DNA of 64,000 nt. It comes from Candidatus Woesearchaeota archaeon (GTDB lineage: Archaea; Nanobdellota; Nanobdellia; Woesearchaeales; 21-14-0-10-32-9). This document shows, piece by piece, positions 35,389 through 44,878 of this stretch (position 1 is the first letter of the stretch; each line of letters begins with the position of its first letter). Location of the stretch: positions 112,483 through 176,482 of the forward strand of contig JBLKOK010000002.1 of NCBI GenBank assembly GCA_047602735.1, written 5' to 3'. The notes below the pieces were generated by a model. It saw only the letters and a list, made by a program, of their open reading frames with translations, was not told the origin of the DNA and ran no database searches. The position numbers and the translations under genes were made by a program.

Positions 35389-38300
35389 TTACCACCACCC
35401 ATAGCTCCATCCATCTACAGTACATTCCCAATCACCATACTCCGGATAGGCAAGTAAATGAGGAGGGATATTTATATCACCCCAAGAATCTACATTTTCT
35501 AAGAAAGTCTTAGTTTCAGATATCATATTACACTCGCCTGTAACACTATTGCATCTTTGAGAAGGGTCTGGATATTGGCAAGTTACATTGTTTAAATCAA
35601 CCCAATACTCTCCAACAGTAAGAAAATCTCCCCAATAAGGATCAAACTCTAATTCCTCACCATATTCAGTCCAAGGAGCAAAACCTACTTCCTCAAACCA
35701 ACACCAGTCATCTGCAAAGATCTCTGTATAATGTAAATCAGGTGTGCATTGTTCTGTTAAATTAACATAACATTGCCCATAACTCCAACTCGGCCCAATA
35801 ACTTCTTCAAAACAATAACCACCATTTGATTCATATTCGTCTTTTGTACAAGGCATTGTTTCATTAAAATTATAATTACAACTACTATAAGTATCACAAC
35901 CATAAAAGCAGAATTCTCCTATCCACGTTGCATCATATTGATCTTGACAAGCTGTTCTCTCAGGTATACAAGTACAATCCGAAAACCTTGTATCTCTACA
36001 CTGACCCTCTCCATCGCAAGCAGCATTATTACACAATAAATGAGCATCACTAATATTATATCCTATTCGATCTCTTGTGCTTGGAGCGGGCGTGTTTTTT
36101 ATACAAAAAGAAATTCCAGTAACATCTACTATTTTTCCTGTAAATAAATCCTCATGATAAAACCAATCATTCTCTTCTACTATGTCCCTCGTATCTACAT
36201 CAAACATTTGTGTGTAATTAAAATTTGTGCAGCTTAGTTCATCATGTGAAAATTCTTCTATTAGTCCAGAACATTGATATCTTTGATTTTCAGAAAACGG
36301 ACAAACCTGGTGAGATGTTAATTCATACGTTATGTCTCCTCCACATATATTTCCTCTTGATCCATCACAATTTCTTTTAAAATCTAACCTAAAAACATTA
36401 TTCAACTGATATGGTTTTAAGTCATTAATATCTGCTATTTCAGTAGGAGTTACGCTAAAATCATATACGTGGTCTCTTATTCCTTGTTCTTCTATTTCTG
36501 TGAGGTTTTGTACTCTTTCAAATAATTTATCTGGAGTACCATAAGATATTTCATCAAAACAAACAAAACTCCTACTTATTCTGTTAAAGTCCTCATCACA
36601 ACATGTGTGGTTTGCAAGGAAAGGATCTGTGTCGTTGTTATATGGAAATGCAGGTACTGAACTTCTGTGAGGTAGGCAAACTTTTACTTCAAAATCATAT
36701 GAGTTTGTAACTTCAACTGGTGGAACTCCAGGCATACCTGGATTAAAGGTTAATTTAAGTTCCATGTTATAATTTCCAGTTCGATTAATAATTTGATTTC
36801 TTATATTTAAAATGTTGTAGCTAAAAGGTAATGTGTGAGTTAAATCAGTAGTAGTATATTCTTTTATTAACTCCAAATTTCTTGTTAGTCTCCACCAAAA
36901 ATTGTCTAATGAACCAGGTATCATTACTGGAAGAGTTGTTTTATTTCCGTCAATTAATATCGGGTTTTCTATACTCATATCATCAAAAGAATAATTATAT
37001 ACGTTAGACACTTCTACATTTGCTTTTGGGAGGTCTATGACTAGTATTTTTATGTCTTGGAAGTCTATTCTTCCAGCAAGATCTTTTACTATTGCTCTAA
37101 GTTCGTGATATCCTGCGTCTTGTATTGTCGGTGTGTAGTTTGCAGATTGTTTTGTTTGATCAAACAAAATCGAGTTTGTCCATAATCTTCCAGTAAAAGG
37201 TTGGGTTTCCATACAACTTTTTATTTGATCTAAAGTTGATAAAGGAGGAGAACAACCAGATCTTGTCAGGTTTAAAATATTTGTTTCGTTTTCTTTCCAT
37301 CTAGAGTAGCTATATTCTACTGGTCTGTTGTCAGGGTCTACTCCGAAAGGAGTTATTGTTATTGTTTGGTTTTCAAAGACTATTATGTTTAGTTCTGGGT
37401 GAGCACTTGGATTCATATAATCTAGTACTGGGTTTCTGTTTTGTATCGCGGTGTAATAAGTAAAGTTTTGTCCAAATATTTGGCTTCTTGTATCTGTTAA
37501 TTTTATTAATCGGTCCCATTTATAGGCTTTGTTTGTATCCGTAAAATTTATTATTTCTAATTGGAATCCTTCTAAAAATAGGTTTCTTCCAATGTTTGGA
37601 ATTGTTAAAGTGTTGTAATCTCTTAGTATGTTAAAAAAAGGATTTATTGTTTCTTTTCTTAAAAGTTCATATAGATATAGTTGTATTTCTTGTAATCTCA
37701 CATTTGAATAGTAAGAAAAATTATAACTTGTAATTACAGGTATGTGTCCTCTTAGTTGTACTCTAAATGGTAGTTGTAAGTTTGTCATAAATCCTTCTAC
37801 TCCATAAATTATGTGGACGTCTCTAGGTTCGTTTTCTAAGAATGTTACGTTGTGTCCGTCTATTTCTTGGAATATACTAAAATTTATACAATCTATTGTT
37901 TTGTTAAGTATTCTTCTAGAAAGTAAATATTCTGTTGATAAATTCTTATCATAAAAAATGCTACGGGATAGTATACCTGAGCACCCAACAAAAACTCTTG
38001 GTGAATCATCTATTAGTATAGGGTCTGTGTTTATTGAATTATTAAAACAAAGTCTTGGAAAAACATTCACTCCCAAAAATCCTCCCCCAGTATAATTAAA
38101 TGTTGGAGAAGAACAATAATTTGCATAATTCATTCTTGTAAAAAAAGAAAGAGGCGTTCTTGGAAGAGGGTAGTGAGGTGCATTTATTTGAATACTTGGA
38201 CAAACATTTGGAAAATGTGATTGTGGCGGCGAACTGTATAGTCTTAGTACTCCGTAAGATACATTAAATTCTTCTGTGCTTTCATTATAAGGTATGTGTG

Positions 38301-38583
38301 TTATTCCTTCAGCGCTTGCAGCGTAGGGTCCTTGTTGTGATTGAAAGAATGTTCCTCCTTGTCTTCCCATCTCTATTAGTGATTCTTGTACTGCTTGTTC
38401 TAAGCAAAGGTTAACGTAATAGTTTATTGGTCCTGATTCTAAGTATTCTTGAACTGCTTCTTGTGCTTGTTGTTGTAGTTCTGACATAGAAACAGAGTTT
38501 ACTAGCATTAACATAAATGAAACTACTATTAGCATAACTAATCCTAGTAATGCAAATATTGCTACTTGACCTCTTTTTTTCAT
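35389..38583 (-). CDS. Giant (1064 aa) protein with a prepilin-like N-terminus and a large Cys-rich ectodomain
   Basis: N-terminus MKKRGQVAIFALLGLVMLIVVSFMLMLV (KRG-Q + helix). Includes a cadherin/He_PIG-like motif ITITPFGVDPDNRPVEYSYS. The C-terminal third is very rich in Cys, Trp and Tyr. Confidence 0.75.
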   Translation of the reverse strand: MKKRGQVAIFALLGLVMLIVVSFMLMLVNSVSMSELQQQAQEAVQEYLESGPINYYVNLCLEQAVQESLIEMGRQGGTFFQSQQGPYAASAEGITHIPYNESTEEFNVSYGVLRLYSSPPQSHFPNVCPSIQINAPHYPLPRTPLSFFTRMNYANYCSSPTFNYTGGGFLGVNVFPRLCFNNSINTDPILIDDSPRVFVGCSGILSRSIFYDKNLSTEYLLSRRILNKTIDCINFSIFQEIDGHNVTFLENEPRDVHIIYGVEGFMTNLQLPFRVQLRGHIPVITSYNFSYYSNVRLQEIQLYLYELLRKETINPFFNILRDYNTLTIPNIGRNLFLEGFQLEIINFTDTNKAYKWDRLIKLTDTRSQIFGQNFTYYTAIQNRNPVLDYMNPSAHPELNIIVFENQTITITPFGVDPDNRPVEYSYSRWKENETNILNLTRSGCSPPLSTLDQIKSCMETQPFTGRLWTNSILFDQTKQSANYTPTIQDAGYHELRAIVKDLAGRIDFQDIKILVIDLPKANVEVSNVYNYSFDDMSIENPILIDGNKTTLPVMIPGSLDNFWWRLTRNLELIKEYTTTDLTHTLPFSYNILNIRNQIINRTGNYNMELKLTFNPGMPGVPPVEVTNSYDFEVKVCLPHRSSVPAFPYNNDTDPFLANHTCCDEDFNRISRSFVCFDEISYGTPDKLFERVQNLTEIEEQGIRDHVYDFSVTPTEIADINDLKPYQLNNVFRLDFKRNCDGSRGNICGGDITYELTSHQVCPFSENQRYQCSGLIEEFSHDELSCTNFNYTQMFDVDTRDIVEENDWFYHEDLFTGKIVDVTGISFCIKNTPAPSTRDRIGYNISDAHLLCNNAACDGEGQCRDTRFSDCTCIPERTACQDQYDATWIGEFCFYGCDTYSSCNYNFNETMPCTKDEYESNGGYCFEEVIGPSWSYGQCYVNLTEQCTPDLHYTEIFADDWCWFEEVGFAPWTEYGEELEFDPYWGDFLTVGEYWVDLNNVTCQYPDPSQRCNSVTGECNMISETKTFLENVDSWGDINIPPHLLAYPEYGDWECTVDGWSYGWW

Positions 38584-38612
38584 TTGTTAAACCCTAAAAA
38601 AAAAACTTTTTT

Positions 38613-39455
38613 TTATTTTGCTATTAATGATGCAAAGCTCACAACGTCTTTTTCATCGTTTGTTATGTCTGCTAAAGTGTAGTATTGTTCTAGTTCGTAG
38701 TTTGATTTTGTTAAAAGCATTAGCATTACTATTCCAAGTACGTTGTTTGTGTTCATTCCGTGTTCTTCAACGAATTCTAAGTATTTTTTTGGATTGTTTT
38801 TTTTAATTACTTCTATTGCGTCTCTGTCTAGTTCGTATACTTTTTTGTTTATGTTTGTTGAAAAAGGAAGGTATCTGTGTATTGCTCCATGACTTGTTAG
38901 GTTTGTTGGAACTATTATGACTGCTGTTTTGTTTTGGTCTAGTAGTGCTTCTTTTATGTCTGTTGATAGTTCTCTTAGGTTTAAAGAAGCGTTTAGTAGT
39001 ATTGGTAGTATTTGTGGTTGTTTGTTTTTGTATATGAATTGTAATAGTGGCAGTTGGCTTTCTATGTATTCGTCATCGTCAAATAAAGCGTTGTTTTCTT
39101 TTATATGTCCTTTTTCGAGTATGCTTCTTACAAGTTTTTGATCTACTCTAACTATTCCGTAAGGTGTTTCCCATGGTTCTTGTGTTATTGCAGGTTCTTC
39201 TTCGCTTTGTCCAAGTATTATTATTACGTCTGGTTTTTTGCTTTCTGCTAATACTTTGTATGCCCACGCGCTGCTCGGGGCTGATTCTTTATATCTAAAT
39301 CTTGGTACTATTAGTCCGTTTATTTTATGTTTCGGATCAAGGTCTGCAGGTAGGTCTCCTGGTCCTTTTTTTGATTGGAATGCTTGTTCTAGTTCTTGGT
39401 TTATTAGTGTTGGTGCTGATGCGTAGTACATACCTGTTAGTTTTGGTTTCCTCAT
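38613..39455 (-). CDS. Memo-like (AmmeMemoRadiSam system protein B family) protein, apparently with substituted metal ligands
   Basis: 280 aa, no signal peptide. Colinear with the Memo pattern, but PHAGY reads PRFRY, GPxH reads GQSE, and EHSxExQLPFL reads DEYIESQLPLL. SHG is retained in NLTSHG. Confidence 0.55.
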   Translation of the reverse strand: MRKPKLTGMYYASAPTLINQELEQAFQSKKGPGDLPADLDPKHKINGLIVPRFRYKESAPSSAWAYKVLAESKKPDVIIILGQSEEEPAITQEPWETPYGIVRVDQKLVRSILEKGHIKENNALFDDDEYIESQLPLLQFIYKNKQPQILPILLNASLNLRELSTDIKEALLDQNKTAVIIVPTNLTSHGAIHRYLPFSTNINKKVYELDRDAIEVIKKNNPKKYLEFVEEHGMNTNNVLGIVMLMLLTKSNYELEQYYTLADITNDEKDVVSFASLIAK

Positions 39456-39509
39456 AGTAATTAGTTTTAAGAAATGATTAGTATATAATATTTTTGGATA
39501 AAAAAAAGT

Positions 39510-42500
39510 TTAACTGTGAACTAAAAAGTTATCAAAGTAGGCATAAACTTCTTTAGTAGGAGACCACTCCGGACTTCCACCCCCAAAAAACGTGTTAAAA
39601 TAAAATAAATTAATTAAACTACGATCAGTGTTTTCAGCTCTAAATCTCACATTATTTACTGAGGCAACAAGATTGTTATCTATTTTTAAATCCACCTCTC
39701 CATTTGATTGTCCATTATCATTAACTTTTACTCTTAAAGAAATTTCGTGCCACCTTCCTTTTTGAAATTGGAAGTTAGTTGCACGTTCAGACTTCCCACA
39801 TTGACCTCCTTGTCTATCATTATCATAATAATAAATTTCAGGTACTCCGTTAGCTCTCCACATTACTCTTGCGCTCCAACCGTGATCTACAGTGTTTTGT
39901 GTACAGCCCCAAATAGGATGTCTTGATGTCAAACCAGGAAGTTTACCTCCTCTTACAAACTCAAAGTCTTCATCAAAGAATACATGATATTTTAACGTAT
40001 ATTCTTGTGAAGGTTCTAATCTTACAGAATCAAATATCCTAGGAGATCCTATACGCGTAGGCCTATATCTAACTTGTAAGTAATTATTATCATCATTATT
40101 TTTTACAGTTAAGAAATTACTTCCAAAAAAATTTTGATTTACAGTTGCACTTTCAAAACCTTCAAAATACACTGTGTTTGGGTTAGTCAAAGTTCCAGGA
40201 TTATTCGGAACTGATACTGGTTGTGAAGTCGGTGCAAATAAATTAGTAGATTCTGAAATAAATTCATCACAAGAATAAATTCTTGAATTCATGAAAGAAT
40301 CCCCTTGTGGTTGTGATTGTAATCTTAGTATTCCTGTTGTTCTTTTCCAGTTTGAAAAGCTTCCAGGTATAACAATATCTACTTCATCGTCTGATTTTAC
40401 TTCAACAAAGCATGCATCGAGTTCATCATCAGATAAAACACCAAACAAATTTAATAATTCTATTGTCCCTAATCTAGGATTTAGTCCTTTTAATGTTATC
40501 CTTGTTGCTCTTTGTTCGTCTCTTCCACTAACAACCCCTGTAACATTTTTACCTTCTATAGTTGTTATATAAAAGTCAGTCACATACCTTGAAGCAACTC
40601 CAAAATCAGGTAAGACAGTTGCTGAAGGTAAGTTTATTGTAAATAAGTTTGTTAGCCAATTCCTAAACCTTTGCCAAACAGTTACATCAACTAAGCCAGC
40701 AACAGTTATTTGTTCTGTTGATAAAAGTATTATTCTAAGATCTTGAGAACCATACATACGCATATAATTATTATTAAAACCAGTACAACTACCATAAATA
40801 GCACCCTGCACAGGATTATTACAAATAATATCTATATCATCAAATTCTGGGAATGGTTCAAAGAAAGGTTTTATTATAGCATCAGAATAGTCATCTAAAT
40901 TTAGAGGTAAGGCTACTTCGAGGCCAACATACGTTTCTTCTGGCTCTCCAGATGTTTCTTTTCTTAATATACATGCAGATAGCTGTGTTTGTGCAAAATT
41001 ACTAGTAAACCCGTCTATATTCGTAGGTAAATAGTTTTTCAAATCATTTATGTTTCCACAATAAAGAGTGTAATCTTGATTACCTGCTAATGTTAATAGA
41101 TGTGAAGCAATTATGAGCATTCTGTTACTATCTTGTAATCTTACCCATCCATCGTCAGGCATACAAACGTGTCCTGCCATTGTTTCAAACAACTCTTTTT
41201 CTTCAAAGAACTCCTCATAAGTTAAATAATTTTCACCCTGATTATCTGGTCCGAAGTTCATCCTCATCTTAATAGATGCATTATCTGCAGATATGTTACA
41301 GCCATACATTTTTCCGTTACTAAATAATAATCTTCTTGTTATATTTGTAGGATCTACTAATCCTATTTCGTTTTTTACAACCTGGTGATTTCTAACAGAA
41401 GTACTATTCCAACACATACCAATGGAGTCTATGAAGAATTCGCCTGTTCCTTCAGGGTTGTTTCCACAACAAACGTTACCCGTCCACCTATTTGTTAATT
41501 GAGCATTACATGCAACTTCATAAGGAATCTTATCTTCATCATTAACATCTTCTCCCCAGAACCCTTTAGGAGAGTCTCCTCCATCAAGATTATCTATCCA
41601 TATCCTGTGGCGCCCAGTACAATAACGTAACTCTGAGTTAATAGTTGACTCCGGGTTTGGTACAAGATAAAAATTAGTAGCCACCACATTAGCACGTACA
41701 TCATCCACATTATTTTTTATTCTAACACGAGTTACATTTGTTAAATCATCATCTATAGAGGATAAATTAACTCTAACTTCAGCAGAAATACCAGAATTTA
41801 TTAACCTTACATAATACTCTGTTAATGATTGGTTTAAAACTTCCACCCCACTATTTTCTATTATTATGCTTAGGTTTTTAGGGATGTTTGATAATAAGAC
41901 GAAGCGTAACTCGCTAAAGTCAGACCAATTACTTAAAATTATGTCTTGAGGAAGTAAAAAAGACAGAACATTTCCTCCCTCAATTGGTCGATTAGTAAGG
42001 TCACTTAAATTTTCAAATCTTACTAAATCATATAGTGTTCCACCAGTAGTTGTATACACCTTTGTTAGAGAATGAAGACCGAGATCTTTTAAAGGATTAG
42101 CTGGCGCAGTAAATGAGGATTGACGACATCCAGGTCCAGCACAACATTCTTTTATATAGTTGTTTCCTTGTTGTTGGTAACAAATAAAACTTTCATTAAT
42201 CAGTGCATAAACAGGAATGTCAGCTCTTGGACTTGGTTCACCACCAATACAACAATTAGACTCGCCTCCTACTTCTACTGTATTTCCAGGACAAATATGA
42301 GTCTCAGAATTAAATTCTGTTCCTTGAATTTGTTGACAAGTAAGCTCTGATAAATCTCTGCATCTAGCAGCTGCCCCAATACAACACATCTCCCCTCTAG
42401 TGTTGTTAAAAAAAGCCCCATCAGTACAATATTGATTTTCTTCACATACATTATAATCTTCATTAAAACTAGATTGCGCTTCGGTTGTTTGAATAGCCTG

Positions 42501-44531
42501 ACAGGTTTTAGTTATATCAAAACCCTCTCCTCTACACAAGGAATTATCTCTAAAATCAGGATTTATACACCAACCAGGAATTGAACCATCATCTTCGCTT
42601 CGACATATAGGTTCATCTCTCATAGCAGGACTTTCACAAAAAGTAGTAGTAGGATTAGAAAGATCAAAATATTGTTCAAGATTCACATACTGATTAGCAT
42701 GTAATATACGACAGTTATTACTACAATCTTCTACAAAATTCCCGGAATCATATGTGGGCTGATTAATACCAAAACAAAAAGCGCTAAATTCCTGTTCCTC
42801 ACATTCACCTTCAGTATTGCAACTACCTACGTTTCCAAAAGAATACTGTAAAACAGATAAACATAAAGGATCATTAGGATCTATGAATGAGCCTGGAGGA
42901 CTTGGAAAAGTTTCGTTTTCAGCTAAAGAATAACTAGGATTTAATACTTGTAACCCTGAAGCATTACACATAAACCATTGTTCTCCCGAACTTACAAAAT
43001 GAGTAGCATTACTTGTTTGACTAATTGGATTAGTAGTACTATCCTCAGGTATAAATGCAGACATAATATAATAAGGTAATAAATGAGCAGGTCTCCAAAC
43101 GTATGTTGATGTTTCTGCATATCTTATAGCATCTCCATCAGCTCGGTTTTTCAAACAAACATAATAATTATCCTCCGAATCATTAGCGATTAAACCAAGA
43201 TTTCCCCCATCCGCCTCAGTACCAATACTCTTTATCCCTAAGTATCCACAACAACCAAGTCCTTCTTTATAATGTGTTCCTTGAACTTCGAATCCGTATC
43301 CATTAATACATAAACCATCTTCTGTGGGATCTGTAGGCACAGGCATAATTCCAAAAGTATTAGCCGTTTTAAACACGTCCCCTATATTAATAGGTTGCGA
43401 ATTTTGAAATAAATCTAATCTCAATCTTTTTTGAAAAGTAGTAATACCACTCTTATATTCAATCTTAAACAAATACCAACCTTCACGTACATTAAAATTC
43501 TCAGAAATTTGATTATTACCAGATACTTTATCAAGAATAGCAGTCTGTTGTACCCATTGCCCCTCTTGATTTACTATTATTGGATGTAAATGCATATGCA
43601 CCGTATCACCGGGTCTAATATAAGGCCTTATTGATAAGTTAGTAAATGATTCATTTACATATAAATAAGTATAAAATAAAATTATACCTCTTTCGTCAGA
43701 AGACATAAGATCACTAGAAGTACTATCCATAAATTTATTAGAACTAAAATCTACTTTAAAATAATGATCATCTATGTCTTTAGAAAAGCCTTGATCAGTG
43801 GATAAAGCTTTTATATAGTTATCTCCACACTTAAAATCGCTATCACACGAATTAAGAGAAAATTCTTTTGGGCTTAAAGATTGACCCTTGGTTGTATTAT
43901 AATCACAAAGACCCCCTTTATCAGTTCTAACAACCTTTTCACCACATAAACAAAAATCAGAAATTAATTCTAATTTATTTATTTCAAAAGGACAGTTAGG
44001 TGGAGTAGCTACTCTAAACGCTTCATTAGGATAATTATTTGTTCCTCTAGATCTATAAAACTCTGTAGCAAATATAGGATTTGTAAATTGAATCGTTTCA
44101 GATTTCCACTTATTCGCAATAGCTCTATCAATTAACCTGAACTCTCCATCCCCAGCACTAACTTGAAACCAAATATCAGGAGTGCTACCAGTATCATCTA
44201 ATACACTTAATACATAATCACCACTAATCATCGGATTACCTGCAGAACTCGTATCTTCTACCCATGCCTCACAAATATTTTTTGGAACTGTAAATGTTTG
44301 AGAAAATCTCCGTCTACTTCTTCCAGTACCAAACGAACGCCAAAAGTTACAAGCCACGTAATCTCCAACAGGATTTACATTCCATTTATTTTCATTATAT
44401 GAATTAGTTATAGCTTGTGCTCTTTGTTCATATATCGGGATGTCATCATCTGCTGCGACAGGAGTTGAGAAAGCGATAAAACTAATACTTAGTATTAATC
44501 CTAGTAAAAGAGTTATTGACTTTATGCGCAT
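39510..44531 (-). CDS. Giant (1673 aa) secreted Cys-rich protein with a C-terminal concanavalin-like / polysaccharide-lyase (PL14-like) domain
   Basis: Signal peptide MRIKSITLLLGLILSISFIAFSTPVAADDD. The last 219 aa (nt 39513-40169) carry GGKLPGL..GWSARVMWR..G.WHEISLRVKVN..NGEVDLKIDN..FNTFFGGG..YFDNFLV, which I recognise as the Pfam Polysacc_lyase (PF14099) pattern. Confidence 0.75.
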   Translation of the reverse strand: MRIKSITLLLGLILSISFIAFSTPVAADDDIPIYEQRAQAITNSYNENKWNVNPVGDYVACNFWRSFGTGRSRRRFSQTFTVPKNICEAWVEDTSSAGNPMISGDYVLSVLDDTGSTPDIWFQVSAGDGEFRLIDRAIANKWKSETIQFTNPIFATEFYRSRGTNNYPNEAFRVATPPNCPFEINKLELISDFCLCGEKVVRTDKGGLCDYNTTKGQSLSPKEFSLNSCDSDFKCGDNYIKALSTDQGFSKDIDDHYFKVDFSSNKFMDSTSSDLMSSDERGIILFYTYLYVNESFTNLSIRPYIRPGDTVHMHLHPIIVNQEGQWVQQTAILDKVSGNNQISENFNVREGWYLFKIEYKSGITTFQKRLRLDLFQNSQPINIGDVFKTANTFGIMPVPTDPTEDGLCINGYGFEVQGTHYKEGLGCCGYLGIKSIGTEADGGNLGLIANDSEDNYYVCLKNRADGDAIRYAETSTYVWRPAHLLPYYIMSAFIPEDSTTNPISQTSNATHFVSSGEQWFMCNASGLQVLNPSYSLAENETFPSPPGSFIDPNDPLCLSVLQYSFGNVGSCNTEGECEEQEFSAFCFGINQPTYDSGNFVEDCSNNCRILHANQYVNLEQYFDLSNPTTTFCESPAMRDEPICRSEDDGSIPGWCINPDFRDNSLCRGEGFDITKTCQAIQTTEAQSSFNEDYNVCEENQYCTDGAFFNNTRGEMCCIGAAARCRDLSELTCQQIQGTEFNSETHICPGNTVEVGGESNCCIGGEPSPRADIPVYALINESFICYQQQGNNYIKECCAGPGCRQSSFTAPANPLKDLGLHSLTKVYTTTGGTLYDLVRFENLSDLTNRPIEGGNVLSFLLPQDIILSNWSDFSELRFVLLSNIPKNLSIIIENSGVEVLNQSLTEYYVRLINSGISAEVRVNLSSIDDDLTNVTRVRIKNNVDDVRANVVATNFYLVPNPESTINSELRYCTGRHRIWIDNLDGGDSPKGFWGEDVNDEDKIPYEVACNAQLTNRWTGNVCCGNNPEGTGEFFIDSIGMCWNSTSVRNHQVVKNEIGLVDPTNITRRLLFSNGKMYGCNISADNASIKMRMNFGPDNQGENYLTYEEFFEEKELFETMAGHVCMPDDGWVRLQDSNRMLIIASHLLTLAGNQDYTLYCGNINDLKNYLPTNIDGFTSNFAQTQLSACILRKETSGEPEETYVGLEVALPLNLDDYSDAIIKPFFEPFPEFDDIDIICNNPVQGAIYGSCTGFNNNYMRMYGSQDLRIILLSTEQITVAGLVDVTVWQRFRNWLTNLFTINLPSATVLPDFGVASRYVTDFYITTIEGKNVTGVVSGRDEQRATRITLKGLNPRLGTIELLNLFGVLSDDELDACFVEVKSDDEVDIVIPGSFSNWKRTTGILRLQSQPQGDSFMNSRIYSCDEFISESTNLFAPTSQPVSVPNNPGTLTNPNTVYFEGFESATVNQNFFGSNFLTVKNNDDNNYLQVRYRPTRIGSPRIFDSVRLEPSQEYTLKYHVFFDEDFEFVRGGKLPGLTSRHPIWGCTQNTVDHGWSARVMWRANGVPEIYYYDNDRQGGQCGKSERATNFQFQKGRWHEISLRVKVNDNGQSNGEVDLKIDNNLVASVNNVRFRAENTDRSLINLFYFNTFFGGGSPEWSPTKEVYAYFDNFLVHS

Positions 44532-44653
44532 AACATTTATTTTCTATTATTTGTTATTTAAACTTTGCTATTATTTGTCGAGTATTTCTGTGTGAGTAGT
44601 TACACCTATTTTTTCAATAAGTTTTGTATATGTTTAAACATACACATATGTTT

Positions 44654-44875
44654 ATGGCAACAAAAACTATAACTATTATGGAAGATGCTTATGAGGCATT
44701 GTCTAGAGAGAAGTTACCTAATGAGTCTTTTTCTGATGTTATAAGAAGAGTGACTAAAAAAAGTGGTGGTTTGGAAGAGTTTTTTGGTTGTATAACTAAA
44801 GAAGATGCAGATATTATTGAAAGAGAAATTGCTAAGCAAAGAGAGCTTGGTAGAAAGAGAAATGTTTGGGGGTGA
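44654..44875 (+). CDS. vapB: VapB-type antitoxin (COG1753-like)
   Basis: MATKTITIMEDAYEALSREKLPNESFSDVIRR is the typical N-terminus of archaeal PIN-associated antitoxins. ATG at 44654 preferred over the track start at 44624. The PIN gene follows after 3 nt. Confidence 0.7.
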   Translation: MATKTITIMEDAYEALSREKLPNESFSDVIRRVTKKSGGLEEFFGCITKEDADIIEREIAKQRELGRKRNVWG

Positions 44876-44878
44876 AAA

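Noticed and set aside
9112-44531. Prophage or tailocin interpretation (lysins plus giant fibre-like proteins)
   Set aside because: There are no capsid, portal, terminase, tape-measure, baseplate or integrase genes and no att-like flanking repeats. The products carry Sec or class III signals and a TM anchor, which fits cellular surface proteins.
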